Positions 1-10,297 of a stretch of DNA of 64,000 nucleotides are shown here, in pieces. Position 1 is the stretch's first letter; every line of letters begins with the position of its first letter. The notes beneath the pieces are model-generated. The model saw only the letters and a program-made list of their open reading frames with translations. It had not been told where the DNA came from and made no database searches. The DNA comes from an uncultured Candidatus Actinomarina sp. GTDB lineage: Bacteria; Actinomycetota; Acidimicrobiia; Actinomarinales; Actinomarinaceae. The position numbers and the translations under genes are program-made. The stretch spans positions 61,672 through 125,671 of the forward strand of contig CACMQN010000004.1 of assembly GCA_902615855.1 (NCBI GenBank). The letters run 5' to 3'.

Positions 1-1649
1 TAACATCAAGGTTATTCATCGTCTCAATATTTTGAATTGCTAACTGCTGAAATACAAATTCATTTCCAGTTCTTCTTGCAGAATCACCTGTACAAACTTC
101 TTTTGGACCCAGGACTGCATATGATACATTTGCTCTTCTGAGGAGTGTTGCAACAGCTCTTGTTACAGGGACATTTCTATCATCAAAAGCTCCTGCACAA
201 CCTATCCAGTACAGGTAATCAATTTCCTCTTTATTTTTTTCATCAAGCAAAGGAACTTCAAAATCTAAATCTTCTGACCATTTCATTCTATCTTCTTGAG
301 ATGCACCCCAAGGATTTGAAGAATTTTCCATTGCAACATATGCCTTTCCTAACTCAGAAGGAAAATCGGAAGCCATCAATGCTAAGTATCTACGCATATC
401 AAGTATCTTGTCTAGAATTTCAATGTTTACAGGACAAATTTCATCACATGCTTTACAAGAAGTACAAGCCCAAAGCTCTTCAGGTGTAATTCGCTCAAAT
501 ACACTTGATGATTTCACTTTTAAGTCTATAGGAGTTGATACGGTTGTAGGTACTGCAGGATTTCCGGTTTCTGACATAACCTGTCCAACTTTCAAGATAA
601 TCTCTCGGGGATCCAATGGTTTTCCTGTAAGGTTAGCTGGACAAACAGAAGTACAGCGACCACATACAGTACATGCATCAAGATCTAAAAGTTGCTTCCA
701 TGTAAAATTTTCAATTAATTCAGCACCCACAGTTTCAATATCTTCCGCCTCCATTAGATTTCCAATATCTCTCATCGCACCTTTTGGTCTTTCTTTTGGA
801 CTCAAATACATATTTACTGGAGATGTGATTATGTGTCTTAATTTTGATTGTGGAAGTACTAATAAAAATACAAAAAAGCTTACAGTATGAAGAATCCACG
901 AGATTCTGTGAAATAACACACCGCTTTCAATAGGTAAAAGGGTGGCAATAAAATAGCCTACAAAACTCCACTTCTCATAGTTAGGAAATCCTTCAACAAT
1001 TATTCTTCCTGCTTCAGTTGTAAGACCCGAAACACCCATAAAAGCTAAAAGGGACAGAGTTAAATAATCGTCCATTTTTGTCTTAGTTTTTATTCTGTCT
1101 TCAGTACCAAAAATTCTTCTATAAAAAGCCCAAACAAGCCCAGCGAGATAAAGAAGTGATGCTAGTTCTAGTAAAAAAGAATAAACAATATATGTTGTAC
1201 CTTGTAAAAATTTTAAGGATGGCGGCATCAAGTGGTGAATTTCCAAAGTTATTGTTCCTGCAAACAATCCAAGAAAGCCTAAATATATCATTGAGTGCAT
1301 TAAGCCAGCTGCTTTAAATCTTAAAGTTGTTCTCATGAGTATTCCATCAAAGAAGCTAAATATCCTATCTGAAATTTTTACTTTTCTTTTTTCTTCAGAT
1401 CCTCTTGACCAATTTTTTGCACGAAGGGAAAACAAATAACCGGAAATAAATATTGATGATGCACTAAGTATATAAAATATATATTGGATTGATTTAGGTA
1501 TATTTTCAAAGACTCTTCTCCCCCCAATAATTTCACCTTCAGGAAATATGTAACTAGCAAGCCATAAAAATATTACCGAGAGGGCGGCACCAGCAGAAAA
1601 CAATAAAACATAATCGTTAACTTGTTTTTTTGGTTTACTATTATTCATT
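1..1649 (-). CDS. Membrane-anchored iron-sulfur oxidoreductase (HdrD/GlpC-like, two 4Fe-4S ferredoxin motifs plus CCG-type C-terminal region); 5' complete, 3' end runs off window
   Basis: Hand translation of the minus strand from ATG at 1649 gives an uninterrupted frame to position 1 (>540 aa). It has about 5 predicted N-terminal TM helices, then CTVCGRCTSVCPAN and CTSCKACDEICPVN (CxxCxxCxxxCP x2), then IGCAG/CTGD cysteine motifs. It is absent from the ORF track because it has no in-window stop. Listed ORFs 145-489, 408-890 and 1378-1560 are antisense artefacts. Confidence 0.8.
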
Positions 1650-2429
1650 GTTATTTTCTTTTGAGATTTCAATTGAACGGTTAGTCGCTGCTTTAATTGC
1701 TTCAAATATTATTTTATCAAAAGAGTTTTCAGACAGCGAATTGATACCCGCCTCAGTAGTGCCATTTGGTGATTTAATGTTATCAACAATTTCATCAAAA
1801 CTGATCTCACCTAATAAAGAAGGTAAAGATAATATTAACTGTTCAACAATAGCTTTGGCTTCCTCTTTTTCCATTCCGAGTTTTTCAGCAGCATCAACAA
1901 TTTTTGAAGACATTTCAAAATACCAAGCTGGTCCACTTCCGTAAATTGCGGTAATAATATCAAATAAATTTTCAGGATATTCAGCAGTTTTTCCGAGTTC
2001 ATTAAGGCATTTAATGAATCCGAGGTAATCATCTTCATAATTTTTTGTATAAGGAATAAAACCGTTATTATTTTTTATTGACAGATTAGGCATCAATCTT
2101 AATATTTTGTTCTTAAAAATATTTTCAAAGTGGGTTATTTTTAATCCAGCAAGAGCGGTCACTATTAAAACGTCAGGTGATATCAGTTCCTTGTTTGTTT
2201 CAATAAATTCATTTAAATTATTTGGTTTTATGCATAACAACAGAACTCCCTCATCTAGCTGTCCTAAGATTGATTTAATTTCTTGTTTGCCACTAAATGA
2301 ATCAAAAATATCCTTGTTTGATTCATATAAATATAAGTTTGGTCCTTCTGAAATAGAACTAAACCCACCTAGAAAAGACTTCCCAAGATTGCCAATTCCA
2401 ACTATATGAACGTCAATTTCTGCCATCAT
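1641..2429 (-). CDS. proC: Pyrroline-5-carboxylate reductase
   Basis: 262 aa. N-terminal Rossmann motif VGIGNLGKS and a ProC-like dimerisation C-terminus (GSGPAWYF, TTEAGI). Overlaps the upstream Fe-S gene by 9 nt. Confidence 0.85.
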   Translation of the reverse strand: MMAEIDVHIVGIGNLGKSFLGGFSSISEGPNLYLYESNKDIFDSFSGKQEIKSILGQLDEGVLLLCIKPNNLNEFIETNKELISPDVLIVTALAGLKITHFENIFKNKILRLMPNLSIKNNNGFIPYTKNYEDDYLGFIKCLNELGKTAEYPENLFDIITAIYGSGPAWYFEMSSKIVDAAEKLGMEKEEAKAIVEQLILSLPSLLGEISFDEIVDNIKSPNGTTEAGINSLSENSFDKIIFEAIKAATNRSIEISKENNNE

Positions 2430-2530
2430 TTAATATTATCAAGCACAGAAAATATCTAAAAATAGTCATATTTAAAGAAATTTAAATAAAAGTTTGCATA
2501 AAAAACGAAATATATTATATTGATATTAAA

Positions 2531-2550
2531 TCTAAGTAAATATACTTAGA
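2531..2550 (+). promoter_or_regulatory. Perfect 7-6-7 inverted repeat TCTAAGT-AAATAT-ACTTAGA upstream of the dnaK operon; candidate HspR operator (HAIR-like: AGT-N6-ACT core)
   Basis: Seen directly in the sequence, 38-57 nt upstream of the first operon gene (2588). HspR is encoded at the end of the same operon. The canonical HAIR is CTTGAGT-N7-ACTCAAG, so this would be a divergent version. Confidence 0.4.
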
Positions 2551-2587
2551 TAATATAAGCAAATAAGGTAAGATTGAAAGGAAATAA

Positions 2588-2791
2588 ATGAGCGGAACAT
2601 TAACAGCCTCAACAGTTAAGCCTGGGGTTAGAAGATCAAAAAAATATACATCTGGAAGGGTATGCGAATTTGATTCATGTGAGACAGTAATCAGTGTCTA
2701 CAACAGAAAGAAATATTGTTTTTTACATGCTCCTATCTCCTATCCAAGAGTGCGTGGACATCTACCAAGAGAACAAGAACCTCAAATTTAA
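2588..2791 (+). CDS. Small basic zinc-ribbon protein (C-x4-C-x12-C-x2-H), paralog A; first gene of the dnaK operon
   Basis: 67 aa. It lies 18 nt upstream of dnaK on the same strand. About 55% identical to the ORF at 23962-24156 (shared GRVC..SC.T.S.YN...CF.HAP..YPRVRG). No family recognised. Confidence 0.6.
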   Translation: MSGTLTASTVKPGVRRSKKYTSGRVCEFDSCETVISVYNRKKYCFLHAPISYPRVRGHLPREQEPQI

Positions 2792-2809
2792 TTTAGAAAG
2801 GAAAAATTC

Positions 2810-4615
2810 ATGGGTAAAGCCGTAGGAATCGACCTAGGAACTACAAATAGTGTTGTTGCAGTCTTAGAAGGTGGAGAGCCAACTGTTATTACTAATGCTG
2901 AAGGTAACAGAACAACTCCCTCAATAGTTGCATTTAAAAATACCGAAGTTTTAGTTGGTGAGTTGGCAAAAAGACAGGCAATTACCAATCCAGACAACAC
3001 AGTTAGATCAATTAAAAGAGAAATAGGAACAAACTGGAAACAAACATTTGAAGACAAAGAATATACACCTCAAGAAGTCTCAGCAAGAATTTTACAAAAG
3101 TTAAAAAGAGATGCCGAGAGTTATATTGGAGAAGATGTTACTGAAGCAGTTATAACAGTTCCAGCATATTTTAATGATGCAGAAAGACAAGCTACTAAAG
3201 AAGCAGGTCAGATTGCTGGTCTTAACGTTCTAAGAATAATTAACGAACCAACGGCTGCATCACTAGCTTATGGTTTAGAAAATAATGAAGATCAAAAAAT
3301 ATTAGTCTATGACTTAGGTGGTGGAACTTTTGATGTCTCAGTACTAGAAATTTCTGAAGGAGTTTTTGAGGTAAAGTCAACATCCGGCGACTCAAAACTT
3401 GGAGGAGACGACTGGGATGAAAGAGTAATGAATTGGTTAGTAGATAAATTTAAATCATCTACAGGAATCGACATATCATCTGACAAAATGGCGATGCAAA
3501 GAATTAAAGAAGGGGCTGAAAAGGCAAAAATAGAACTATCCTCTACAAGTGAAACAGAGATAAATTTGCCTTTTATTACTGCAGATGATTCTGGTCCTCA
3601 ACATTTATTGGAAAAATTATCTAGAAGTGAATTTGAAAAAATTACTGACGATCTGGTTGAAAGAACTAAAGATCCAGTAACAAATGCCATCAAAGATGCG
3701 GGTCTGTCTATTTCTGATATAGAGCATGTTATTTTAGTTGGTGGATCAACAAGAATGCCATCCATACAGGCTATGGTTAAAACTTTAACCGGTAAAGATC
3801 CTCATAAAGGCGTTAATCCTGACGAGGTTGTTGCTTCTGGTGCAGCTATTCAAGCTGGAGTTCTTAAGGGTGACGTTAAAGACGTATTGCTCTTAGATGT
3901 TACACCGTTAACACTTGGTGTTGAGACTAAAGGTGGGATCATGACGAAGATGATTGAAAGAAACACAACTATTCCTACAAAAAGATCAGAGACATTCACG
4001 ACTGCTGAAGATGGCCAAACCCAAGTAGAAATACATGTTTTACAAGGTGAAAGAGAAATGGCTTCGGGAAATAAATCTCTTGGAAAATTTACACTTACTG
4101 ATATCCCTTCAGCAAAACAAGGCATACCTCAAATTGAGGTAACTTTTGATATTGATGCAAATGGAATTGTCAATGTAAATGCTAAGGATTTAGGAACAGG
4201 TAAAGAACAAGCAATTACTATCACAGGGGGTACCGCCCTAGAAGATGATGAAATTGAAAGAATGATTAAAGATGCTGAAACTCATGCTAATGAAGATGCA
4301 AAAAAGAAAGAGCAAGTTGAAACACGAAATTTAGGCGAGGGATTGATTACATCTACAGAGAAAATGCTTGAAGAAAATAAAGACAAGGCAACGGAAGAAG
4401 AAATTCAATCTATAAATGAGAGTAAGGAAAAACTCTCAAAGATACTCGAAAATGATGAAGCTTCAACTGAAGAAATGCGAAATGGTATTGATGAACTAAC
4501 CAAGTCAAGTCAATCATTTGCTGAAAAACTATATGCTGAAACTCAACAACAGAAGGCTCAAGATGAAAATGAAGAAGATGTAGTTGAGGGTGAAGTTGTA
4601 GAAGAAGATGAGTAA
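2810..4615 (+). CDS. dnaK: Molecular chaperone DnaK (Hsp70)
   Basis: 601 aa. Hallmark motifs [28 protein letters not shown] and a C-terminal acidic tail. Confidence 0.97.
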   Translation: MGKAVGIDLGTTNSVVAVLEGGEPTVITNAEGNRTTPSIVAFKNTEVLVGELAKRQAITNPDNTVRSIKREIGTNWKQTFEDKEYTPQEVSARILQKLKRDAESYIGEDVTEAVITVPAYFNDAERQATKEAGQIAGLNVLRIINEPTAASLAYGLENNEDQKILVYDLGGGTFDVSVLEISEGVFEVKSTSGDSKLGGDDWDERVMNWLVDKFKSSTGIDISSDKMAMQRIKEGAEKAKIELSSTSETEINLPFITADDSGPQHLLEKLSRSEFEKITDDLVERTKDPVTNAIKDAGLSISDIEHVILVGGSTRMPSIQAMVKTLTGKDPHKGVNPDEVVASGAAIQAGVLKGDVKDVLLLDVTPLTLGVETKGGIMTKMIERNTTIPTKRSETFTTAEDGQTQVEIHVLQGEREMASGNKSLGKFTLTDIPSAKQGIPQIEVTFDIDANGIVNVNAKDLGTGKEQAITITGGTALEDDEIERMIKDAETHANEDAKKKEQVETRNLGEGLITSTEKMLEENKDKATEEEIQSINESKEKLSKILENDEASTEEMRNGIDELTKSSQSFAEKLYAETQQQKAQDENEEDVVEGEVVEEDE

Positions 4616-5081
4616 TAAAGACGAGGCGTCTTCGTCTGAAGAATTAAAACAAAATCAAGAAACAAACACTGTAACCCTTGATGAGTATGAAAAAATCAAG
4701 GACGACTATCTCAGACTGGCTGCGGATTTCGAAAATTTTAAAAAGAGAAATGAAAAAGAAAAAGAGTCTGCTTCATTTAATTTTGTAGCTTTATTCGTAA
4801 ATAGTTTATTTCCATTAATTGATAATTTTGATATCGCCATAAAACAAGACAACAACCCAAAAGAGATTGAATCGTTATACAAAACTTTGCAAGACTTTAT
4901 GGACAATCTTAACATAGTTGAAGTCCCTGGTGTTGGAGAGGCATTTGATCCAAATTTCCATGAAGCAGTTGAGCATTCAGGGGATGGAGACACTCAAACC
5001 ATTGAAGAAGTTTTACGAAAAGGTTATACCTTAGAAGACAAGCTGCTAAGACCAGCAATGGTAAGAGTTAAAAGTGAATAG
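4608..5081 (+). CDS. grpE: Nucleotide exchange factor GrpE
   Basis: 157 aa. It overlaps the dnaK stop, sits in the conserved operon position, and has a GrpE-like coiled-coil plus C-terminal beta domain. Confidence 0.85.
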   Translation: MSNKDEASSSEELKQNQETNTVTLDEYEKIKDDYLRLAADFENFKKRNEKEKESASFNFVALFVNSLFPLIDNFDIAIKQDNNPKEIESLYKTLQDFMDNLNIVEVPGVGEAFDPNFHEAVEHSGDGDTQTIEEVLRKGYTLEDKLLRPAMVRVKSE

Positions 5082-6159
5082 AGACTGGTTAGAGAAAGAT
5101 TTTTATGCCGTCCTTGGTGTAAACCAAGATGCGAGCACAGATGAAATAAAAAAAGCCTATAAAAAACTAGCAAGGGAAAATCATCCAGATTTAAATCCAG
5201 ATGATAAGGAAGCTGAAAAAAGATTTAAAGACATTTCTGAAGCAAGCTCTGTTTTAACAGATATAAACAAAAGGCAAGAATATGACCAAGTAAGAGCAAT
5301 GGGTGCTTCTGGTTTTTCTGGTTTTAGCGGGGGTACAAACTTTAATGTTGAAGATCTAGGAGATATATTTGGTAATTTTGGAGATATATTTGGTTTTGGA
5401 GGTACGTCAAGAAGAAAAGGTCAAAGCTATCAAACAAAGATAAATGTATCATTTAATGACTCTGCATCTGGATTAGATACAAATGTTCCTCTAAGAAAAG
5501 AGGTTGTCTGCGAAGATTGTAGAGGAAACGGATCAGAAAATGGTAATTCGTATCACGTTTGTAACATATGTAAGGGATCAGGTCAAACAGCATCAAATCA
5601 AGGTTTCTTTTCCTTTTCACAGCCATGTCAAGCATGTCGGGGTCAAGGAAATGTCATCGACAAACAATGTAAACGTTGTAGGGCAAATGGATTTGTTATC
5701 AAAAATGAAACAATTAAGGTCAAAGTTCCCGCAGGTGTTGATAATGGTACTGTCATAAGACTAAGAGGTTATGGTGGTCCTGGAAGCGGAGGAGGTCCTG
5801 ATGGTGATCTTCTAGTTCAAGTTAATATTGAGCCTCACAAGTTTTTTAAGAGAAATGGTAGCGATCTGATACTCGAGATACCTCTTTTGTTTACAGAGGC
5901 TGCTCTTGGCACTGTAATAAAAATTCCAACTCTGGATGGTTCCGTAACATTAAAAGTTCCCTCAGGAACAGAAAGTGGTAAAACATTTAAAATTAGAGGT
6001 GAAGGAATCAAACCGCAAGGTAGACGAGCAGGAGATTTATATGTAAAAACTACAATTGTTGCTCCAACAAATCTCTCTAGGTCAGCAAAAAAACATTTAG
6101 AAAAATATAAAGAACAATTTGAATCTGGAGACTCGCCAAGGGACTACCTCTATGAGTAG
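5074..6159 (+). CDS. dnaJ: Chaperone DnaJ
   Basis: J-domain with HPD (ENHPDLN), a G/F-rich linker, and four CxxCxGxG zinc-finger repeats (CEDCRGNG, CNICKGSG, CQACRGQG, CKRCRANG). Confidence 0.95.
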   Translation: MNRDWLEKDFYAVLGVNQDASTDEIKKAYKKLARENHPDLNPDDKEAEKRFKDISEASSVLTDINKRQEYDQVRAMGASGFSGFSGGTNFNVEDLGDIFGNFGDIFGFGGTSRRKGQSYQTKINVSFNDSASGLDTNVPLRKEVVCEDCRGNGSENGNSYHVCNICKGSGQTASNQGFFSFSQPCQACRGQGNVIDKQCKRCRANGFVIKNETIKVKVPAGVDNGTVIRLRGYGGPGSGGGPDGDLLVQVNIEPHKFFKRNGSDLILEIPLLFTEAALGTVIKIPTLDGSVTLKVPSGTESGKTFKIRGEGIKPQGRRAGDLYVKTTIVAPTNLSRSAKKHLEKYKEQFESGDSPRDYLYE

Positions 6160-6538
6160 CGAAAGTTCTAAAGCGATATATTTTATTTCTGTGGCGTCAA
6201 CGCTGTCTGGGATTCACCCCCAAACTATAAGAACATATGAAGAAAAAGGTTTGATAAAGCCTTACCGAACTGGTGGTGGAACAAGGCGCTACTCACAAGA
6301 AGACATAGACAAACTTATACAGATTCAAAATCTTTCACAAAGAGGTATTAACTTAGATGGCATAAAGATAATTTATGAAATGAGAGACAGAATCTCTGAT
6401 CTGCAAATTGAGATTGAATCTCTTAAGGAAGATATTAAATTAGAAAAAAACCAAAGAAGCCAATCTGAAAAAGAAATTCACAAAAGCTATAAGAATGAAA
6501 TTGTTAAGAAGTCAAATAAAGATCTTAGAAAAAATTAG
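6152..6538 (+). CDS. hspR: MerR-family heat-shock repressor HspR
   Basis: MerR HTH (IYFISVASTLSGIHPQTIRTYEEKGLIKP), terminal gene of the dnaK-grpE-dnaJ operon as in Actinobacteria. Start chosen at the internal ATG 6152 (MSSESSK), overlapping the dnaJ stop by 8 nt. The track ORF begins at 6119. Confidence 0.85.
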   Translation: MSSESSKAIYFISVASTLSGIHPQTIRTYEEKGLIKPYRTGGGTRRYSQEDIDKLIQIQNLSQRGINLDGIKIIYEMRDRISDLQIEIESLKEDIKLEKNQRSQSEKEIHKSYKNEIVKKSNKDLRKN

Positions 6539-6543
6539 ATTTA

Positions 6544-8232
6544 CTAACTTTTATGTCTTTCTATAAAATCATTTATTTTATTTTCAAGAATAGGTAAAGT
6601 TATACCCCCATCACAAAGTACTTCATCATGAAAATATCTAATATCAAACATATTACCTAGTTCGTTTTCAGCTTTTCTTCTTAATTCCTCGATTTTTAAT
6701 TGTCCCATCTTATATGAACAGGCTTGTCCAGGCCAAGCAATGTATCTATCAGTTTCGATATTTGCATTTATTTCTTCAATAGGTGAATTTGCTCTAAAAA
6801 ATTTGATGGCTTCGTCCCTAGACCATCCCATGCCATGCATTCCAGTGTCGAGTACAAGACGACACGCTCTCCATGCATCATTTCCTAATCTACCAAGTTG
6901 TTGTATGTCATTAGAATATAGACCCATTTCGTTTGCTAACTGCTCAGAATATAGCCCCCATCCTTCCACAAATGCAGTAGAAGCGACATATTTTTGAAAA
7001 TCAGGAACATCCTCAAGCTCTACAGCAATTGTCCTATCAAGATGATGCCCTGGTATTGCTTCATGAAAAGCAACAGATTCAGCTTCAAAAATACTTTTTG
7101 TTTCTGGTTTGTAAGTATTTAAAAAATAAGTTCCATCTCTTGAACCATCTGGCAAAGGTGAATAATAGTAGGCTGGTGGAGCATGTTTTTCTGACTCTTC
7201 GGGAACTGGTAAAACATTGCAAGGGGCTTTTGGAAATACTGTAAACCAATCAGCGAGTGGTTCGTAAGCTCTTTTAATAATATCTTCTGCCATTTGTAGC
7301 ATCTGTTCTTTACTTTCAAAGCGCATCGATGGTTCAGTTTGCATCTTATAAATAACTTCTTCTGGAGTTGTTACATCTACAAAAACATTTTTTCCAATTT
7401 CAAAAAATTCTTTTTTTAATCTTTCAATCTCAGATAAACCTGTTTCATGTACCTCTTTAACAGTTATGTCTTTATTACCTGTAAATTTTCTTAAACTTCT
7501 TAAATAAATGTCATCACCACCCTCAATCCACATTATGCCGGGATTCATATCTGATCTACCTTTAGATAAATGGTCTGATTTGAGTTGTTCTAGATAAGAA
7601 TTAACACTTGGCCTCACATGGCTTTCAATAATTAATCTTGCTTTATTTTTCCAGCTACTTACATCTTCTTCAGAGACTTCAGGAGAAAAATTTACTAACA
7701 AAAGAGGGTCTTCTTCTAATGATGTTTTTAGATAGCTCTCAATTTGATCAATTGTTCTTAATAAGTTTCTTTCAGTTGCTACTCTATTTTCATTTAAACC
7801 TTTCTTTTGAACTAAAGATACTTGATTAAAGAACTGATTATATAGTTCTAATCTTTTCAATAAAAGGTCTGCTGATTCTAAATCAGGAATAAACATTTGC
7901 TGGTTGTAATCAATTAAATACCCTGTAAAACCAGAAACTCCCGCTCCAAACTCCCAGCTTTTATCAAGTAATGAATCTTTATTTGATCCAAAAGCATACT
8001 CCAACATTCCGTAAGTTACTTTTTCCTTGTTTGACAAATTATTGAAATCTATCTCTTTTAATCTTTTTTCAAACTTATCTAGATCTTTTAAGTTTTGATC
8101 GAATCTGGTTTCAGTTAATTCTTCGATTTGATCAAAGTATTCCTTATATCCTCTCATAATCGCAGATGTTGGTGATGAGTCTAAAGAATTTTTAAAGAAA
8201 TCATCTGCTAAATTGCTTAATGCTTCATTCAT
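6544..8232 (-). CDS. DUF885-family protein (putative metallopeptidase-like)
   Basis: 562 aa, with HEAIPGHH (HExxPGHH) near the C-terminus and an overall DUF885-like length and composition. Confidence 0.6.
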   Translation of the reverse strand: MNEALSNLADDFFKNSLDSSPTSAIMRGYKEYFDQIEELTETRFDQNLKDLDKFEKRLKEIDFNNLSNKEKVTYGMLEYAFGSNKDSLLDKSWEFGAGVSGFTGYLIDYNQQMFIPDLESADLLLKRLELYNQFFNQVSLVQKKGLNENRVATERNLLRTIDQIESYLKTSLEEDPLLLVNFSPEVSEEDVSSWKNKARLIIESHVRPSVNSYLEQLKSDHLSKGRSDMNPGIMWIEGGDDIYLRSLRKFTGNKDITVKEVHETGLSEIERLKKEFFEIGKNVFVDVTTPEEVIYKMQTEPSMRFESKEQMLQMAEDIIKRAYEPLADWFTVFPKAPCNVLPVPEESEKHAPPAYYYSPLPDGSRDGTYFLNTYKPETKSIFEAESVAFHEAIPGHHLDRTIAVELEDVPDFQKYVASTAFVEGWGLYSEQLANEMGLYSNDIQQLGRLGNDAWRACRLVLDTGMHGMGWSRDEAIKFFRANSPIEEINANIETDRYIAWPGQACSYKMGQLKIEELRRKAENELGNMFDIRYFHDEVLCDGGITLPILENKINDFIERHKS

Positions 8233-8971
8233 TTTTTTCTTTCTTTATTTTTTCTATTTCATTTTCAATTTTTTGTAGCTTAACAAGAACATCATCAAGA
8301 GTAGTTTGTTTTTCTCCAAAATTCGATAAGAAATAAGCCGAAACAGTTGCTGTTATTGTTGCTATAAATCCAATGCCTAAAATCATTAGGGAACTTGCAA
8401 CAATTCTTCCTAGTGTTGTATAGGGCGTTATATCTCCATACCCAACAGTTGTAATGGTAACCAAAGCCCACCATATTCCATCACTAAATGTTTCAACCTC
8501 AGGTTCTGAAACAAAGAAAAGGAATCCAAAGAAAATTATTAAAAATATAGTTGCATAAACAATTGACCTGAGTCCCCTGCTATTAAAAATAGCTTTTATA
8601 TCAGCTCCAAATTTTGCAACTACAACTGCAAGTCTAAATAACTGTAATACTCTTAGAAGTCTTGGTAGTCTTACAAAACGTAGAAATCTCGACGATTCTA
8701 ATCCTTGAGGTACAAATGGTATTGAGCCGATTACAATAAAAAGTTCTAACTTATGATTAGAAACATACTTTCTTTTGTTTTCAGATAGGATTAGTAAGTG
8801 AACGTACTCTAATAAAAATACAACCCATATACCCCAATTGAGATAGTTTGCAAATTCCTTTAGTCCCGAGCTTCTATATTCAATGATTATTACAGGAATT
8901 AGTAAAACAACTGCGATAAAAACTGGTATCTCATAAAATTTTTCAACTTTTTGATATCTCGAATTTTGCAT
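8225..8971 (-). CDS. Voltage-gated potassium channel (6-TM, Kv-like)
   Basis: Selectivity filter TTVGYGD. S4-like segment with Arg at every third position (RFLRFVRLPRLLRVLQLFRL). About 6 TM helices in 248 aa. Confidence 0.85.
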   Translation of the reverse strand: MQNSRYQKVEKFYEIPVFIAVVLLIPVIIIEYRSSGLKEFANYLNWGIWVVFLLEYVHLLILSENKRKYVSNHKLELFIVIGSIPFVPQGLESSRFLRFVRLPRLLRVLQLFRLAVVVAKFGADIKAIFNSRGLRSIVYATIFLIIFFGFLFFVSEPEVETFSDGIWWALVTITTVGYGDITPYTTLGRIVASSLMILGIGFIATITATVSAYFLSNFGEKQTTLDDVLVKLQKIENEIEKIKKEKNE

Positions 8972-9028
8972 ATAGACATTATAAAACTAGCTTTGAAAGA
9001 AATTAATAAGTATTCTTAAAATAAGAAT

Positions 9029-10297
9029 ATGAACAGGGTTATAAGCTTTATTCTCTTGTCTTTACTGATTTTATCAGTAACTACTTTTTTTATTGCTGAT
9101 GTTGATGAAGAAGAAGATATTTCTTACTTTGTATCAAACGAAGTAGTTACCAACACGACAATATTTAAGGAATTAGATCCTCAGGTAAAAGTAAAAAAAG
9201 TTCTTAGAGATTTCAATCTTGACAATTTTTACGAAACTACCGAAAGAAATATAGATTTTTCTATTACGAAATTAAATTTTGATCTTGAACAATTAAATAA
9301 AGAGCTTACATTTCTAATCAAAAGACAGAACTTCAATAAATTTAAAACTGATAATGGTGGGATAAAAGGAATTTATGTAAATGGATATCATATGGACAAT
9401 AAAAATAAAATAGATGCAATTCTTGATATAACCGACAAAACAAATATTAATACACTGGTCATTGATGTGAAGACTGATAATGGCCATATTCTTTTTGAAA
9501 GTGATAACGAATTATCAAAACAAATGAACAATATAAGAAGTAAATATGATGAATTTATCATAAGGGAATACAAAAATAAAAACCTCTATCTAATTGGAAG
9601 AGTTGTTGTTTTTCAAGATCCGACTTTTGCAAAAACATTTCCAAATGAAGCAGTCTTTGATACGGCAAAAAAGACTATTTACTCTCAAGATGGTCAATAT
9701 TTTATTGATCCAGGTAGCAAGCTGGCACAGAAATATATATTAGATATATCAAAAGAGGCCTGTTTGCTTGGCTTTGATGAAATTCAATTTGATTACATAC
9801 GCTATCCAGATTCAAATTATAAGTTTATGAAATTTAAAGATGAAAATAATTATGAAAACAGAGTTAACAATATAAATACCTTCCTAAAAAATGGTAAAGA
9901 AGAACTAAATGCAATAGGATGTTTTGTTTCTGCTGATATTTTTGGGTATGTTTTATCTAACAAATTTGACGGAGGTATTGGACAAAATTTAGAAACTTTG
10001 AGTGAAAATGTGGATTTTATATCACCCATGGTTTACCCTTCACACTACTCAAATGGTTCCTTTGGTTATGATAATCCGAATAAAAATCCATACGGAGTTA
10101 TAACATCAGCATTGAATGATGGACTCGAAAGAGATATTAAGCCAGAAAAATTAAGACCGTATTTACAAGGTTTCTGGCATTCAAGTGAGGAGGTAAAGGA
10201 AAATATAAGAGCTGCAGAAGATAAAGGTCTTGATTGGTTAATTTGGAATGTTTCTTCTTTTTATAATCAGGAATATTTTATTAGTATTGATTCATGA
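9029..10297 (+). CDS. Secreted/membrane-anchored putative glycoside-hydrolase-like TIM-barrel protein
   Basis: N-terminal signal/TM segment; weak resemblance to GHL-type 'putative glycosyl hydrolase' domains. Assignment is tentative. Confidence 0.4.
   Translation: MNRVISFILLSLLILSVTTFFIADVDEEEDISYFVSNEVVTNTTIFKELDPQVKVKKVLRDFNLDNFYETTERNIDFSITKLNFDLEQLNKELTFLIKRQNFNKFKTDNGGIKGIYVNGYHMDNKNKIDAILDITDKTNINTLVIDVKTDNGHILFESDNELSKQMNNIRSKYDEFIIREYKNKNLYLIGRVVVFQDPTFAKTFPNEAVFDTAKKTIYSQDGQYFIDPGSKLAQKYILDISKEACLLGFDEIQFDYIRYPDSNYKFMKFKDENNYENRVNNINTFLKNGKEELNAIGCFVSADIFGYVLSNKFDGGIGQNLETLSENVDFISPMVYPSHYSNGSFGYDNPNKNPYGVITSALNDGLERDIKPEKLRPYLQGFWHSSEEVKENIRAAEDKGLDWLIWNVSSFYNQEYFISIDS

Noticed and set aside
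145-1560. Track ORFs 145-489 (+), 408-890 (+) and 1378-1560 (-) in the first 1.6 kb.
   Set aside because: They lie antisense to, or out of frame with, a continuous minus-strand frame (1649 to 1) that encodes an obvious Fe-S oxidoreductase. They show low-complexity, atypical composition.
3850-4993. Track ORFs 3850-4125 (-) and 4706-4993 (-) inside dnaK/grpE.
   Set aside because: They are antisense to highly conserved chaperone genes and have no motifs. This is typical shadow-ORF behaviour.
6119-6151. 11-codon N-terminal extension of hspR (MNLETRQGTTS) from the track ORF.
   Set aside because: It overlaps dnaJ by 41 nt. The MerR HTH begins right after the internal Met, and the internal ATG gives the usual short overlap.
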